Positions 36,527 to 45,260 of a stretch of 64,000 nucleotides of DNA are shown one piece after another; the first letter of the stretch is position 1, and every line of letters starts with the position of its first letter. Under the pieces are notes generated by a model. It saw nothing but the letters and a program-made list of their open reading frames with translations, had not been told where the DNA came from and did no database searches. The translations under genes were made by a program, and so were the position numbers. Origin of the DNA: Thermoanaerobaculia bacterium (lineage in GTDB: Bacteria > Acidobacteriota > Thermoanaerobaculia > UBA5066). The stretch covers positions 32,001-96,000 of the forward strand of contig JBBRRY010000002.1 in NCBI GenBank assembly GCA_038245905.1. Direction: 5' to 3'.

Positions 36527-37519
36527 TCAACTCCGATTGGAGGGCGGATGGTTCCGCGCCTCCGCGTACGCGAGGATTCCGTTCGAAAGCGCCCGTGCGA
36601 TCTGCTGACGATACCCGGGTTCCCGGAGATGACGCGCCTCTTCGTCGTTCGACACGGTCGAGACCTCCGCGAGAATGCCCGGCATCTCCGTTGCGATGAG
36701 GACGACGAACGGCGCGCTCCGGACACCGCGGTCCTGGAGCCGGGGCACGAAGGGCCGGAGCGAGGTCACGAGGCCGCCCTGAACGGACTCGGCGAACTTC
36801 CGGGATTCGCCCTGACGGGCGTCCGCGAGGACTCCCTCGAGAAGGCGCCGGAAGTCGGCCATCGTGTAGCCCGAGGAGCGGTTCTCGTCTCCCGCGAGCT
36901 GCTGCACGTGAGGATCGGTCGTGGTGCCGAGAAAATACGTCTCGACGCCGCGCTTGTCCTTCACCGAGGGGAGCGAGTTCACGTGAATCGAGACGAAGAG
37001 ATCGGACTTCCTCGCGTTCGCGAAGGCCACGCGATCCTTCAACGACAGGGTCGCATCCGCCTCGCGGGTCAGCGACACGGCGATCTTCTGGGCGACGAGA
37101 AGGTCCCGAAGGCGGCGCGCCACGTCGAGCGTCACGTCCTTTTCGGCGATGCCGGAGGCCGTCGCGCCCGGATCCGCCCCGCCATGCCCCGGGTCGATGA
37201 CGACGGAGCGCACTTCGAGACGGAAGAGCGAAGGCTCGAGGCCGTTCGGCGCGTTGATGACACTTGCGGGCGCCGCAGGCGCCGCGGACGGAGACGACAC
37301 GACGAGAACGTCCGTGCGCTCGCCGCGCCCCGTGGTCAGGGCGTTGATGGAGAGGAACAGAGCCAACGGCACGACGATGAAAATGGACGTCCGAAACAGT
37401 ATGCGGCGCACGCGGTCCGAGCGCCGGAGGCCCTTGGGAAGCCGCCCTTCGATGACGTCCACGTTCTCGCGGATCGCGTCCTTGAGGATTGACTGCCGGA
37501 GTCGGTTCACGTTGGCCAT
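36527..37519 (-). CDS. Membrane-anchored N-acetylmuramoyl-L-alanine amidase (Amidase_3)
   Basis: VVIDPGHGGADPGA, EKDVTLD, RVAFAN, LFVSIHVNS, GVETY, APFVVLI..MPGILAEV; N-terminal TM segment. Confidence 0.93.
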   Translation of the reverse strand: MANVNRLRQSILKDAIRENVDVIEGRLPKGLRRSDRVRRILFRTSIFIVVPLALFLSINALTTGRGERTDVLVVSSPSAAPAAPASVINAPNGLEPSLFRLEVRSVVIDPGHGGADPGATASGIAEKDVTLDVARRLRDLLVAQKIAVSLTREADATLSLKDRVAFANARKSDLFVSIHVNSLPSVKDKRGVETYFLGTTTDPHVQQLAGDENRSSGYTMADFRRLLEGVLADARQGESRKFAESVQGGLVTSLRPFVPRLQDRGVRSAPFVVLIATEMPGILAEVSTVSNDEEARHLREPGYRQQIARALSNGILAYAEARNHPPSNRS

Positions 37520-38295
37520 GAATGTCCCAAAAAGGGTAGCACCTGACCGCTCTTCGACTGGAGGAGCCAGCGTGTCGCGGGGTGCTGGGGGTCCTTCAGG
37601 ACCTTCGCGGGCGGACCTTCCTCGACGACGACGCCGTCCGCGAGAATGACGACCCGCGTGGCGAAATCGAGCACGAAGTCGTCGTCGTGCGTCGCGACGA
37701 CGAGCGTCCTGCCGTCCTTCTCCACGAGCGCCGCCAGCGTTCGTCCCAGCTCGTTGCGGCGCGCCGGATCGAGGGAGGCCGTCGGCTCGTCCATCAGAAG
37801 GAGAGGCGGCTCCATCGCGAGCGTGCGCGCGATCGAGACGCGCTGAGCTTCCCCGCCCGAGAGCTCGCGCGGCAGCGCGCGCGCGTGCCGCTCGACTCCG
37901 AGGGACGCGAGCAGCGCGAGCGCCCGCTCTTCGGCGGCACCTCTCGCGAGCCTGGCGACATGCAAGGGAGCGAGCGTCACGTTGTCGAGGACCGAGAGGT
38001 GCTCGAAGAGGCCGTGGTACTGGAAGACCATCCCGACGCGCGTACGCAGCGACCGAAGCGTCTCCGCGGAGGGCGGCGGCCCGGGCTTGAGCGCGACGCC
38101 GCCCACATCCACCGACCCCGCGTCGAATCCCTCGAGGCCGACGACTGCCCGAAGGACGGTCGTCTTTCCGCCGCCCGAGAGCCCCATGAGCGCGAGAAGC
38201 TCACCGCGCGCGACGGAAAGCGTCACGCCGTTCAAGACGCCGGCCGCGCCCCGCGAGAGGCATAGACCGTCGATCGCGAGGACGGATGCGTTCAC
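37507..38295 (-). CDS. Polar amino acid ABC transporter ATP-binding protein
   Basis: GLSGGGKTT, GMVFQ, LSGGEAQRV, LLMDEPT, ATHD. Confidence 0.92.
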   Translation of the reverse strand: MNASVLAIDGLCLSRGAAGVLNGVTLSVARGELLALMGLSGGGKTTVLRAVVGLEGFDAGSVDVGGVALKPGPPPSAETLRSLRTRVGMVFQYHGLFEHLSVLDNVTLAPLHVARLARGAAEERALALLASLGVERHARALPRELSGGEAQRVSIARTLAMEPPLLLMDEPTASLDPARRNELGRTLAALVEKDGRTLVVATHDDDFVLDFATRVVILADGVVVEEGPPAKVLKDPQHPATRWLLQSKSGQVLPFLGHSWPT

Positions 38296-39840
38296 CTATG
38301 AGGCCGCCTTCCAACGTCCCTCGAGTCGTCGCGCGAGGCGCGCGAGAGGGATCGACATCGCGAGATACAGGCCCGCGCACAAGGCGCCGGGGACAGCCCA
38401 GCTCGCGATGTTCGTCGCGAAGATGGCCGTCTGCTTCGTGAGCTCGACGACTGTCACGACGGAAACGAGCGACGAGTCCTTCAGGAGAGCGACGAAGTCG
38501 TTCGTCATGGGAGCGAGCGCGAGCCGGAAGGCCTGCGGCCCGCGAACGAGGCGGAGGACTTGCCCCTCCGTGAGGCCGAGCGTCCGCGCGGCCTCGAGCT
38601 GTCCCTTCGGCACGGCCTCGAGCGCGCCCCGGTAGATCTCGCTCTCGTACGCGGCGTAGTTCAGCCCGAGGCCGAGAAGCGCCGCGACGAACGCGGGCAG
38701 GCGCACGACGGACGAGAGCCCGTAGTAGAGGACGAAGAGCTGGAGGAGAACCGGCGTCCCGCGCGTGATCTCGACGTAGGCCGTCAGGAGCAGGCGGACC
38801 GGCGCGTTCCCGTAGACGCGCCCGCTCGCGATCGCGACGCCGAGGGCGACCGCCAGCGCCATCGCGAGGCACGAAAGCGAGATCGTCACGAAGGCGGCCT
38901 TCAGCAGAGAAGGGAGATAGGAGATGACGAGGGAAAGAGATGAAGAAGAGAAGATCTTCTTAGAAGGTGAAGAAGGCAACGGGAGCTTCTCGCCCGCCCG
39001 AAGCGTTTCAGCGGCGCCTGCAGCCTCTTTACCATTCAAAGAAATCTCTCTCTTCTCTTCCTCTCTTTTCTCAAATGCCGCCTGCTGGTCGTCCCAGACA
39101 TTCCACTTCTCGAAGATCCTTCGCAGCGTCCCGTCCTTCATCGCCGCGACGAGAATTGCGTCGATGCCGTCGCGGAGCGCCGCGTTCTTCTTCGAGAGGA
39201 CGCCGACGTACCACCCCGTCGAGGCGGTGCCGGGCTGGATCGCGATTCCCGCGACGCGGCGCACCGAGCGCGCCGCGAGGACGTGGTCGAGGAGGACGGC
39301 GTCGAGGCGGCCGTTCGCGAGGTCCTCGTATGGATGGACGTCGTCGTCGTAGGAGACCGGGAGGATCCCGTCCGTCTTCCCGGCCGCGACGAGCAAGTCC
39401 CATGCGATCGTCCCCGCGAGCGTGCCAACCCTCCGGCCACGGAGTTCCGCGAGCGTGCGTAAGCGCGAAACGTCGGCCTCTCGCACCGTGAGGACCTCGC
39501 GAAACTCGAAGTACGGGGCCGTGACAGAGAGTGAGGCGCGCCGCTGGGGGGTGTCTTCGATTCCCGAGAAGCCGATGTCGAAGTCGCCGCGCGCGGCCGA
39601 CTGGTCCAGCGACTGAAATGCGACCTGGACGAAAACAGATGTTCTCCCGAGACGTCTTGCGACGAGATTCGCGATCTCTACGTCGAAACCGCGCACCTTC
39701 GAGGGATCGGCCGGGTCGGCTTCGACAAAGGGCGCGCCCCCTTCCGCGTCGCCGCCCCAGCGGAGCACGAGCGGATCCGGCACGGCCGCGCGCGCCGCGC
39801 CGGGGAGCAGGAGGATCCCGGCGAGGACGGCCCGGATCAA
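38296..39840 (-). CDS. Polar amino acid ABC transporter, fused substrate-binding domain and permease
   Basis: TTG start overlapping the psd stop; WGGDAEGGAPF, GFDVEIA, GRLDAVLLD; permease YVEITRGTPVLLQL, AAYESEIYRG, GQLEAARTLG, LLKDSSL. Confidence 0.9.
   Translation of the reverse strand: MIRAVLAGILLLPGAARAAVPDPLVLRWGGDAEGGAPFVEADPADPSKVRGFDVEIANLVARRLGRTSVFVQVAFQSLDQSAARGDFDIGFSGIEDTPQRRASLSVTAPYFEFREVLTVREADVSRLRTLAELRGRRVGTLAGTIAWDLLVAAGKTDGILPVSYDDDVHPYEDLANGRLDAVLLDHVLAARSVRRVAGIAIQPGTASTGWYVGVLSKKNAALRDGIDAILVAAMKDGTLRRIFEKWNVWDDQQAAFEKREEEKREISLNGKEAAGAAETLRAGEKLPLPSSPSKKIFSSSSLSLVISYLPSLLKAAFVTISLSCLAMALAVALGVAIASGRVYGNAPVRLLLTAYVEITRGTPVLLQLFVLYYGLSSVVRLPAFVAALLGLGLNYAAYESEIYRGALEAVPKGQLEAARTLGLTEGQVLRLVRGPQAFRLALAPMTNDFVALLKDSSLVSVVTVVELTKQTAIFATNIASWAVPGALCAGLYLAMSIPLARLARRLEGRWKAAS
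38952..39046. repeat. Inverted pair of an AT-rich TTC-N3-GAA motif with purine/pyrimidine flanks (locus A)
   Basis: AGATCTTCTTAGAAGG at 38952 and CCATTCAAAGAAATC at 39032; the latter is identical to 49476-49490. Confidence 0.6.
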
Positions 39841-40691
39841 GACGACAGGCTCCCGAGCCGCTCCCCCATCTTCACGGGCCCGAGGCCGCGCGCCGGATTC
39901 CACTCCACGGCTCTCGGCCCGCCGACGAGCAAAACGACGGTCGATCCGAGCTCGAAGACGCCGAGATCGTCGCCCGGCGCGCACGCAACGGAGGCGACCT
40001 CGAGGCGGCCGCGCCGCGGCAGCGCGCGCCCCGCGAGCCAACGCGGGTCGATCACGACGCCGCCCACGTGCGTCGCCGCGACCATGACAGCGGCCACGAC
40101 GAGTCCTTCGGCCTCCCGGACGCCACGCGCAATCCAGTAGGCGCGCCGGTTCCTCACGTAGAGCCGCGGCGTCGCGGCCGTGGAGGCCGCGTTGACAGGC
40201 CAGAGCTCCCCTTCCACGCGTCCGACCGCGACGCACGCTCCCGAGAGCGGGACGTGAATGCGGTGGTAGTCCTTCGGGGCGAGATACAGCGCCAGGTAGC
40301 GGGCGCTGGTGAACTCGGATGCGCAGGCGTCGTCGTCGAGGAGCTCGGCGAGGCGGTACGGCAGGCCTTTGGCCTGGATGAGCGTGCCCTCCTCAACCCG
40401 CCCCTCGGCGATCACGAGCCCGTCGATCGGCGAATTGATTCCGCCCGCCACGACGGGCGCTTGCGGCCTCAGACCCGGCCTCAGCCGCCGCGTGAAGAAA
40501 TCGAGAAACGACACGTAGGTGCCGAGATCCTTCTCCGCTTCGTCGAGGTTCGCGCCGAATGCGGCCGCGAACCGGCCGAGGAGCGGGCGGCGCAAGCGCA
40601 CGGGGAGGCGCAGCCGGGCGAGCGCTCCCACCGCGAGAGAGCCTGCCTTCTTGGGATAGAGCCGAAGGAGGCGGAGATCCGCTACGTCCAT
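39837..40691 (-). CDS. psd: Phosphatidylserine decarboxylase proenzyme
   Basis: FFTRRL, SPIDG, QAKG..Y, YLAPKDYHRIH, LGVFELGSTVVL (LGST autocleavage site). Confidence 0.93.
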   Translation of the reverse strand: MDVADLRLLRLYPKKAGSLAVGALARLRLPVRLRRPLLGRFAAAFGANLDEAEKDLGTYVSFLDFFTRRLRPGLRPQAPVVAGGINSPIDGLVIAEGRVEEGTLIQAKGLPYRLAELLDDDACASEFTSARYLALYLAPKDYHRIHVPLSGACVAVGRVEGELWPVNAASTAATPRLYVRNRRAYWIARGVREAEGLVVAAVMVAATHVGGVVIDPRWLAGRALPRRGRLEVASVACAPGDDLGVFELGSTVVLLVGGPRAVEWNPARGLGPVKMGERLGSLSS

Positions 40692-40716
40692 GCAAGGGCT
40701 CCGAGCCGAACTCGTG

Positions 40717-41103
40717 TCACTTGGCCTCCGGGACGGCCGCAATCGCCTGGATCTCGATCTGCCAGCCGCCGCGGAACTCGTTGACGGGCACGATCGCGCG
40801 AGCCGGGCGGTGCTCTCCCATGACGCGCGCGTAAACCGCGTTGACGCGGCCCCAGAACGCGGCGTCCGAGATGTAAATCGTCATCTGGAGGACGTGCGCG
40901 AGGTCGCTTCCCGCGGCCGCGAGGACGGCCTCGACGTTTCGGAGCGCACGCTCGGTCTGCTCTTCCAGCGTCTCCGGAAGCGCCTCGGGCCTCGCGGCAT
41001 CCTTCCCGAGCTGCCCGGCGACGTAGACGAGCCCTCCGTGGACGATGCCTTGCGAATAGTGGCCCGCGGGCGCGGGCGCATCCTTCGTGAAGACGGCCTC
41101 CAC
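40717..41103 (-). CDS. RidA/YjgF/UK114-family protein
   Basis: APAPAGHYSQ, VYVAGQL, VNAVY, RPARA, IEIQAIA. Confidence 0.92.
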   Translation of the reverse strand: MEAVFTKDAPAPAGHYSQGIVHGGLVYVAGQLGKDAARPEALPETLEEQTERALRNVEAVLAAAGSDLAHVLQMTIYISDAAFWGRVNAVYARVMGEHRPARAIVPVNEFRGGWQIEIQAIAAVPEAK

Positions 41104-41104
41104 G

Positions 41105-42052
41105 TCAGACCTTCTTCTTGAACGCTTCCGTGGCCTCGACGAGCGCGCTCGAAATACCCGGCTCGTCCGCCGCGTGGCCGGCCGCGGGCACGACCACGAG
41201 CCGCGCCTCCGGCCAGGCCGCCGCGAGGTCCCACGCGGACTGCATCGGGCAGACCAGGTCGTAGCGGCCCTGCACGATGACGCACGGCAGCGCGCGCAGG
41301 CACCACGCGCCCTTCAGGAGCTGGTCGTCGCTCTCGAGGAACGTCCCGTTGATGAAGTAGTGGGCCTCGATGCGCGCGAGCGCGATCTCGCGCTGGAGCT
41401 CCTCCGGATCGGGACCCTTCGTGTCCGGGATGAGATGGCTCGCCGTCCCCTCGAAAGCGTTCCACGCGAGTGCGGCCGCCGTTCGCTCCTCCTCGTCCTC
41501 GGAGGTAAGCCGCCGGTGGTATGCGCGCACGATGGAACCGCGCTCGCGCACCGACAGGGGCTCCACGAAGGCCTCCCAGGCATCGGGCCAGATGCGGCGC
41601 ACGCCGTCGGCGAAGCTCCACTCGAGCTCCGACTTACGGGCGAGGAAGATCCCACGAAGGATGAGGCCGGTGACACGCGCGGGATACCTCTCGGCATACG
41701 CCAGGCCCAGCGTCGAGCCCCACGAGCCTCCGAACACGAGCCACTTCTCGATCCCGAGGTGAACGCGGATCTTCTCGGTGTCCGCCACGAGATCCCACGT
41801 CGTGTTCTCGCGCAGCTCGCCGAGCGGCGTCGATTTCCCAGCCCCGCGCTGGTCGAAGAGGATGACCCGCCAGAACGTAGGGTCGAAGAACCGGCGGTGG
41901 ATCGCGGAAACGCCGGCGCCCGGGCCGCCGTGAAAAAAGACGACCGGGGGGCCGGACGGATTGCCCGCTTCCTCGACGTGCAGCTCGTGGAGGTCCGAAA
42001 CGCGCAGCCGATACGTCCGGTTCGGCTCGATCTCGGGAAAGAGAGGCGTCAT
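41105..42052 (-). CDS. pip: Proline iminopeptidase
   Basis: HGGPGAG, FDQRGAGKS, FGGSWGSTL, LRGIF, QGRYDLVCP, AGH. Confidence 0.95.
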   Translation of the reverse strand: MTPLFPEIEPNRTYRLRVSDLHELHVEEAGNPSGPPVVFFHGGPGAGVSAIHRRFFDPTFWRVILFDQRGAGKSTPLGELRENTTWDLVADTEKIRVHLGIEKWLVFGGSWGSTLGLAYAERYPARVTGLILRGIFLARKSELEWSFADGVRRIWPDAWEAFVEPLSVRERGSIVRAYHRRLTSEDEEERTAAALAWNAFEGTASHLIPDTKGPDPEELQREIALARIEAHYFINGTFLESDDQLLKGAWCLRALPCVIVQGRYDLVCPMQSAWDLAAAWPEARLVVVPAAGHAADEPGISSALVEATEAFKKKV

Positions 42053-42077
42053 GAGGGGATTATGAGCGACGCCGCCT

Positions 42078-45000
42078 TCAGGGCGACCCGGCGACCGCGT
42101 CCCAGAAGTCGCATCGGGACGCGCGTACACCCTCTCCCGATGTGGTCACGTTGTCGAGGTCGAGATACGTGTCGAGGGCCGGGTCGTAGCGGGGCCAGAG
42201 CGTCGCGCCAGGTCCGTTCGGGTTTCCGTTCGCGGCGAACCGGGACCAGTACCCGTTCATCGCGTCCGAAAGCGCCCGCTCCCGCGCGGAAGGCGTGAAG
42301 CCAGGAAACTTGTCGAGGGTGCCGAATACGAAAGGGAGCTCCAACGAGTGGTACGCCCCGTACGAGGCGGCGGAGGTGGAATCCAGCGACTTCGTGAAGA
42401 AGTAGCGGAACACGGGCTCGGCCTGCCCGGCCGCGGCCGCGCGCGCGATCCGGCGAGCCGGGCACGTGTAGACCTCGTCGGTCGTCGCCCCGATCCAGGC
42501 CTTCTGCGGCGTCGCGAAGGCGCTCGAGGGGTACTCCGCGAGGACGCGCGCGCCAAGCGTGAATCCATAGAGCGAGAAAATGGCCGACCGATAGGCCGCG
42601 TCTGAGGCGAACGAAGGAGCGTCGAGAGAGGTCTCATCCGCGTTCGCACCGACGAGAAGCGGAACATGGTGGTGTCTGCCGGCCGACAGCGCGTCGAGCG
42701 GGGAGTCGAGGAGGACGAACCCGTCCACGTTGGGGCCGTACGAGTTGACGTCCGGCCGGGCCGCCGACACGAGCGTCTCGGTGCTTTGGGCGCGAAGACA
42801 TGCGACCACGTCGGCCGTGCCCCCGCAACCCGCGGCCTCGACGATCGTCGCGCCGGCCGACTCCGCCTCCGGGAGCGTCGGCTGGCTGCAGTGCCCGCTT
42901 TCGATGAGTGCACGCGTGAAGAGCCCCTTCGCGAGCGGCGAGGCGAGGAGAGAGCAGACATCCTCGCCTCCCGCCGACTCGCCCCCGATGAGCACGCGGT
43001 CCGGGTCGCCTCCGAATGCCGCGATGTTGCGCCGCACCCACTGGAGTGCGGCGATCTGGTCGAGAAGGCCGTCGTTCCCGGAAACACCGTGCGCGCTCTC
43101 GGCGTCGAGGGCGGGGTGCGCGAGAAAGCCGAGCGAGGAAAGCCGGTAGTTGATCGTCACCACGACGACTCCGCTCTTTTCCAGGAAGGTCTGGCCGTCG
43201 TATACCGGGAGACTCCCCGCGCCCTGCACGTTTCCACCGCCGTGAATCCAGAAGACGACGGGAGCGCGCGTGGACGGTGGCGTGGCCCGCGCCCAGACGT
43301 TGAGCACGAGACAGTCTTCCGATCCGACGACCCGTCCTGCGCCGTCCGGCTGTGGGCAGATGCTGCCGAATCCCGACGCGTCGCGGACGGTCGCCCACGG
43401 GTCCGGGGTCACGGGGGGACGGAACCGCAACGGTCCGAGCGGAGGGGCGGCGTATGGAATTCCGCGGTAAACCGCCACCTGGTCGTCGAGGAAACCGCGC
43501 ACCGTGCCTCCCGACGTCGGCACGACGGCCGGGACGGGTGCGACGTCGAGCGTGAGCGCGGCCATCCCCGTGCCGCAGGAATTCGCCGCGAAAAGCCGAT
43601 AGGTCGTCAAGGCCGCGGGAGTCAGCGTGAGGGTGCCGTCGGGCGCCGACGCGAACCCGCCCGGCTCGGCGCGCACGGCGGCGCCGCCCGCGGAGAGGAA
43701 GACCGTCACGGGCGTTCCCGGCGTCGCCCGCGCCGGCGAGATCGCGAGCACGACGATCGAGGGCACCGCGCAGGCAGGAGGTTTCGCAAGCGTCGGGGTC
43801 ACCACGGCGTCGCCCGTGACGTTGTCGATGACGCTCGCGTAAGCGTCGGCGGCCCCCGCCGTCACCACGACGTCGACGCGCGTTCCCCGTGGCGCGCTCG
43901 CGACCTCGAACCATCCACCGAGACTCTGCTGCCGCCACTCGGTCGGCCTGAGGGAAAAAGCCGCGCTTGCGATCCGGGCGCCGGAAAGGTCGCGGAGCAC
44001 GAGCAGACCGCTTGCACCCACCGGACCGCCGAGCAGGGCGACGTTCGTCCTGAAGCCTGGCGAAGCCCCGGAATGCGACAGCCCAGGGAGCGTGGCCTCG
44101 CGCCCCGCCGGGACGAGGCCGGTCGTCCAGGCAATGGCGCGTAAGCCCGCGCTGAACCCGCCCGGGCGGACGCCCGTGGGATCCACATTGCTCGTGCGCC
44201 CCGCCGCGAGGAACGGCGCGGATGCCCGAAGGAGGATCGCGCCGGCGACGCCATCCCCCAGAGCGAAGCCACCCGGTCCGAGGACGTCGTCGATCTTCAG
44301 CAGAGAGCGCGGCGGCAGAGTGCGTGTGAAGGAGGACGCCGCTGGGAGGCCGACCGGTGTGAACGTAACGACGAGCGGAGCCAGCCCGGGGTTGAAGACC
44401 GCAAGATCCGTCGACCAGTGCGTTCCGTTCAGGCCGCCGGCACGCGCCGCACCGTCCAGGAGGATGTCGCCCGGCTCGAACGGCATCCGCTCGGCGAGAA
44501 CGGCGATGCCGTCTCCCGTGACGTTGTCGACGACGGACGTGAAGCCGGTCGCGCGGCCGCGCGTGACCTCCACGGTGACACGACCCGTTGCCAGCTCCGG
44601 GCCGGCGGCGAAATCGGCCACCGAAGCCTGCCACGTGACCGGATTCGCCGAGGCAACCCGAGTCGAGCCTCGCGGGAAACCCGATTCGTCCCAGAGCGTC
44701 ACGATCGCCTCGCTGTCGGAATCGAGGAGGGCGACGTTCACGTTCGTGCGGTAACCGCGCAAGGGGTCGGTGGAATTCGAGAGCCAGATCGCATGGCCCG
44801 TCTCCCCCGCCCGGAGCGTCCCCGAGTCGCCCACAGCCGTCAGTCCGACGCCATACGTCGCCGCGGGATCCTTCACGTTCGCCGTCGTTCCGCGCACGAC
44901 GACCGGAGCGTCGCTCAGAATCGTGAGCGTGCCGAACGTGCCTTCGAGGCCGAACAAATCCGAAAGTGCGTTCGAGAAGGCCAGGGACTCACCTGCCAGG

Positions 45001-45248
45001 AGGACCCGCGTGAGAGGAGCCGGGGCGGGGATGCCTCCCGAGGGGACGAGCCCGATCCGGACGGTCGTCTCGACCGGGCCGGGATTCACGAGATACACGC
45101 TCGAGTGAAAGAGCGTCCCATTCTGCCCGCCTGTATTCGCGACGCCGGGAAGAAAGAGCGTGGCGGCGGGCGCCGCGGAAGCCAGACCGGCGAGGCAAGC
45201 GGCGCTCACGAGGCGGCTCACGACGGGTTGGACGCCTCCTGAGCGCAT
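42078..45248 (-). CDS. Secreted type-B carboxylesterase/lipase with tandem N-terminal extracellular beta domains
   Basis: GIPYAAPP, SEDCLVLNVW, WIHGGG, INYRL, GESAG, YH..ELPFVFG; N-terminal GQNGTLFHSSVYLVNP and GLNGTHWSTDLAVFNP repeats. Confidence 0.88.
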   Translation of the reverse strand: MRSGGVQPVVSRLVSAACLAGLASAAPAATLFLPGVANTGGQNGTLFHSSVYLVNPGPVETTVRIGLVPSGGIPAPAPLTRVLLAGESLAFSNALSDLFGLEGTFGTLTILSDAPVVVRGTTANVKDPAATYGVGLTAVGDSGTLRAGETGHAIWLSNSTDPLRGYRTNVNVALLDSDSEAIVTLWDESGFPRGSTRVASANPVTWQASVADFAAGPELATGRVTVEVTRGRATGFTSVVDNVTGDGIAVLAERMPFEPGDILLDGAARAGGLNGTHWSTDLAVFNPGLAPLVVTFTPVGLPAASSFTRTLPPRSLLKIDDVLGPGGFALGDGVAGAILLRASAPFLAAGRTSNVDPTGVRPGGFSAGLRAIAWTTGLVPAGREATLPGLSHSGASPGFRTNVALLGGPVGASGLLVLRDLSGARIASAAFSLRPTEWRQQSLGGWFEVASAPRGTRVDVVVTAGAADAYASVIDNVTGDAVVTPTLAKPPACAVPSIVVLAISPARATPGTPVTVFLSAGGAAVRAEPGGFASAPDGTLTLTPAALTTYRLFAANSCGTGMAALTLDVAPVPAVVPTSGGTVRGFLDDQVAVYRGIPYAAPPLGPLRFRPPVTPDPWATVRDASGFGSICPQPDGAGRVVGSEDCLVLNVWARATPPSTRAPVVFWIHGGGNVQGAGSLPVYDGQTFLEKSGVVVVTINYRLSSLGFLAHPALDAESAHGVSGNDGLLDQIAALQWVRRNIAAFGGDPDRVLIGGESAGGEDVCSLLASPLAKGLFTRALIESGHCSQPTLPEAESAGATIVEAAGCGGTADVVACLRAQSTETLVSAARPDVNSYGPNVDGFVLLDSPLDALSAGRHHHVPLLVGANADETSLDAPSFASDAAYRSAIFSLYGFTLGARVLAEYPSSAFATPQKAWIGATTDEVYTCPARRIARAAAAGQAEPVFRYFFTKSLDSTSAASYGAYHSLELPFVFGTLDKFPGFTPSARERALSDAMNGYWSRFAANGNPNGPGATLWPRYDPALDTYLDLDNVTTSGEGVRASRCDFWDAVAGSP

Positions 45249-45260
45249 GAACCGGTGAGC

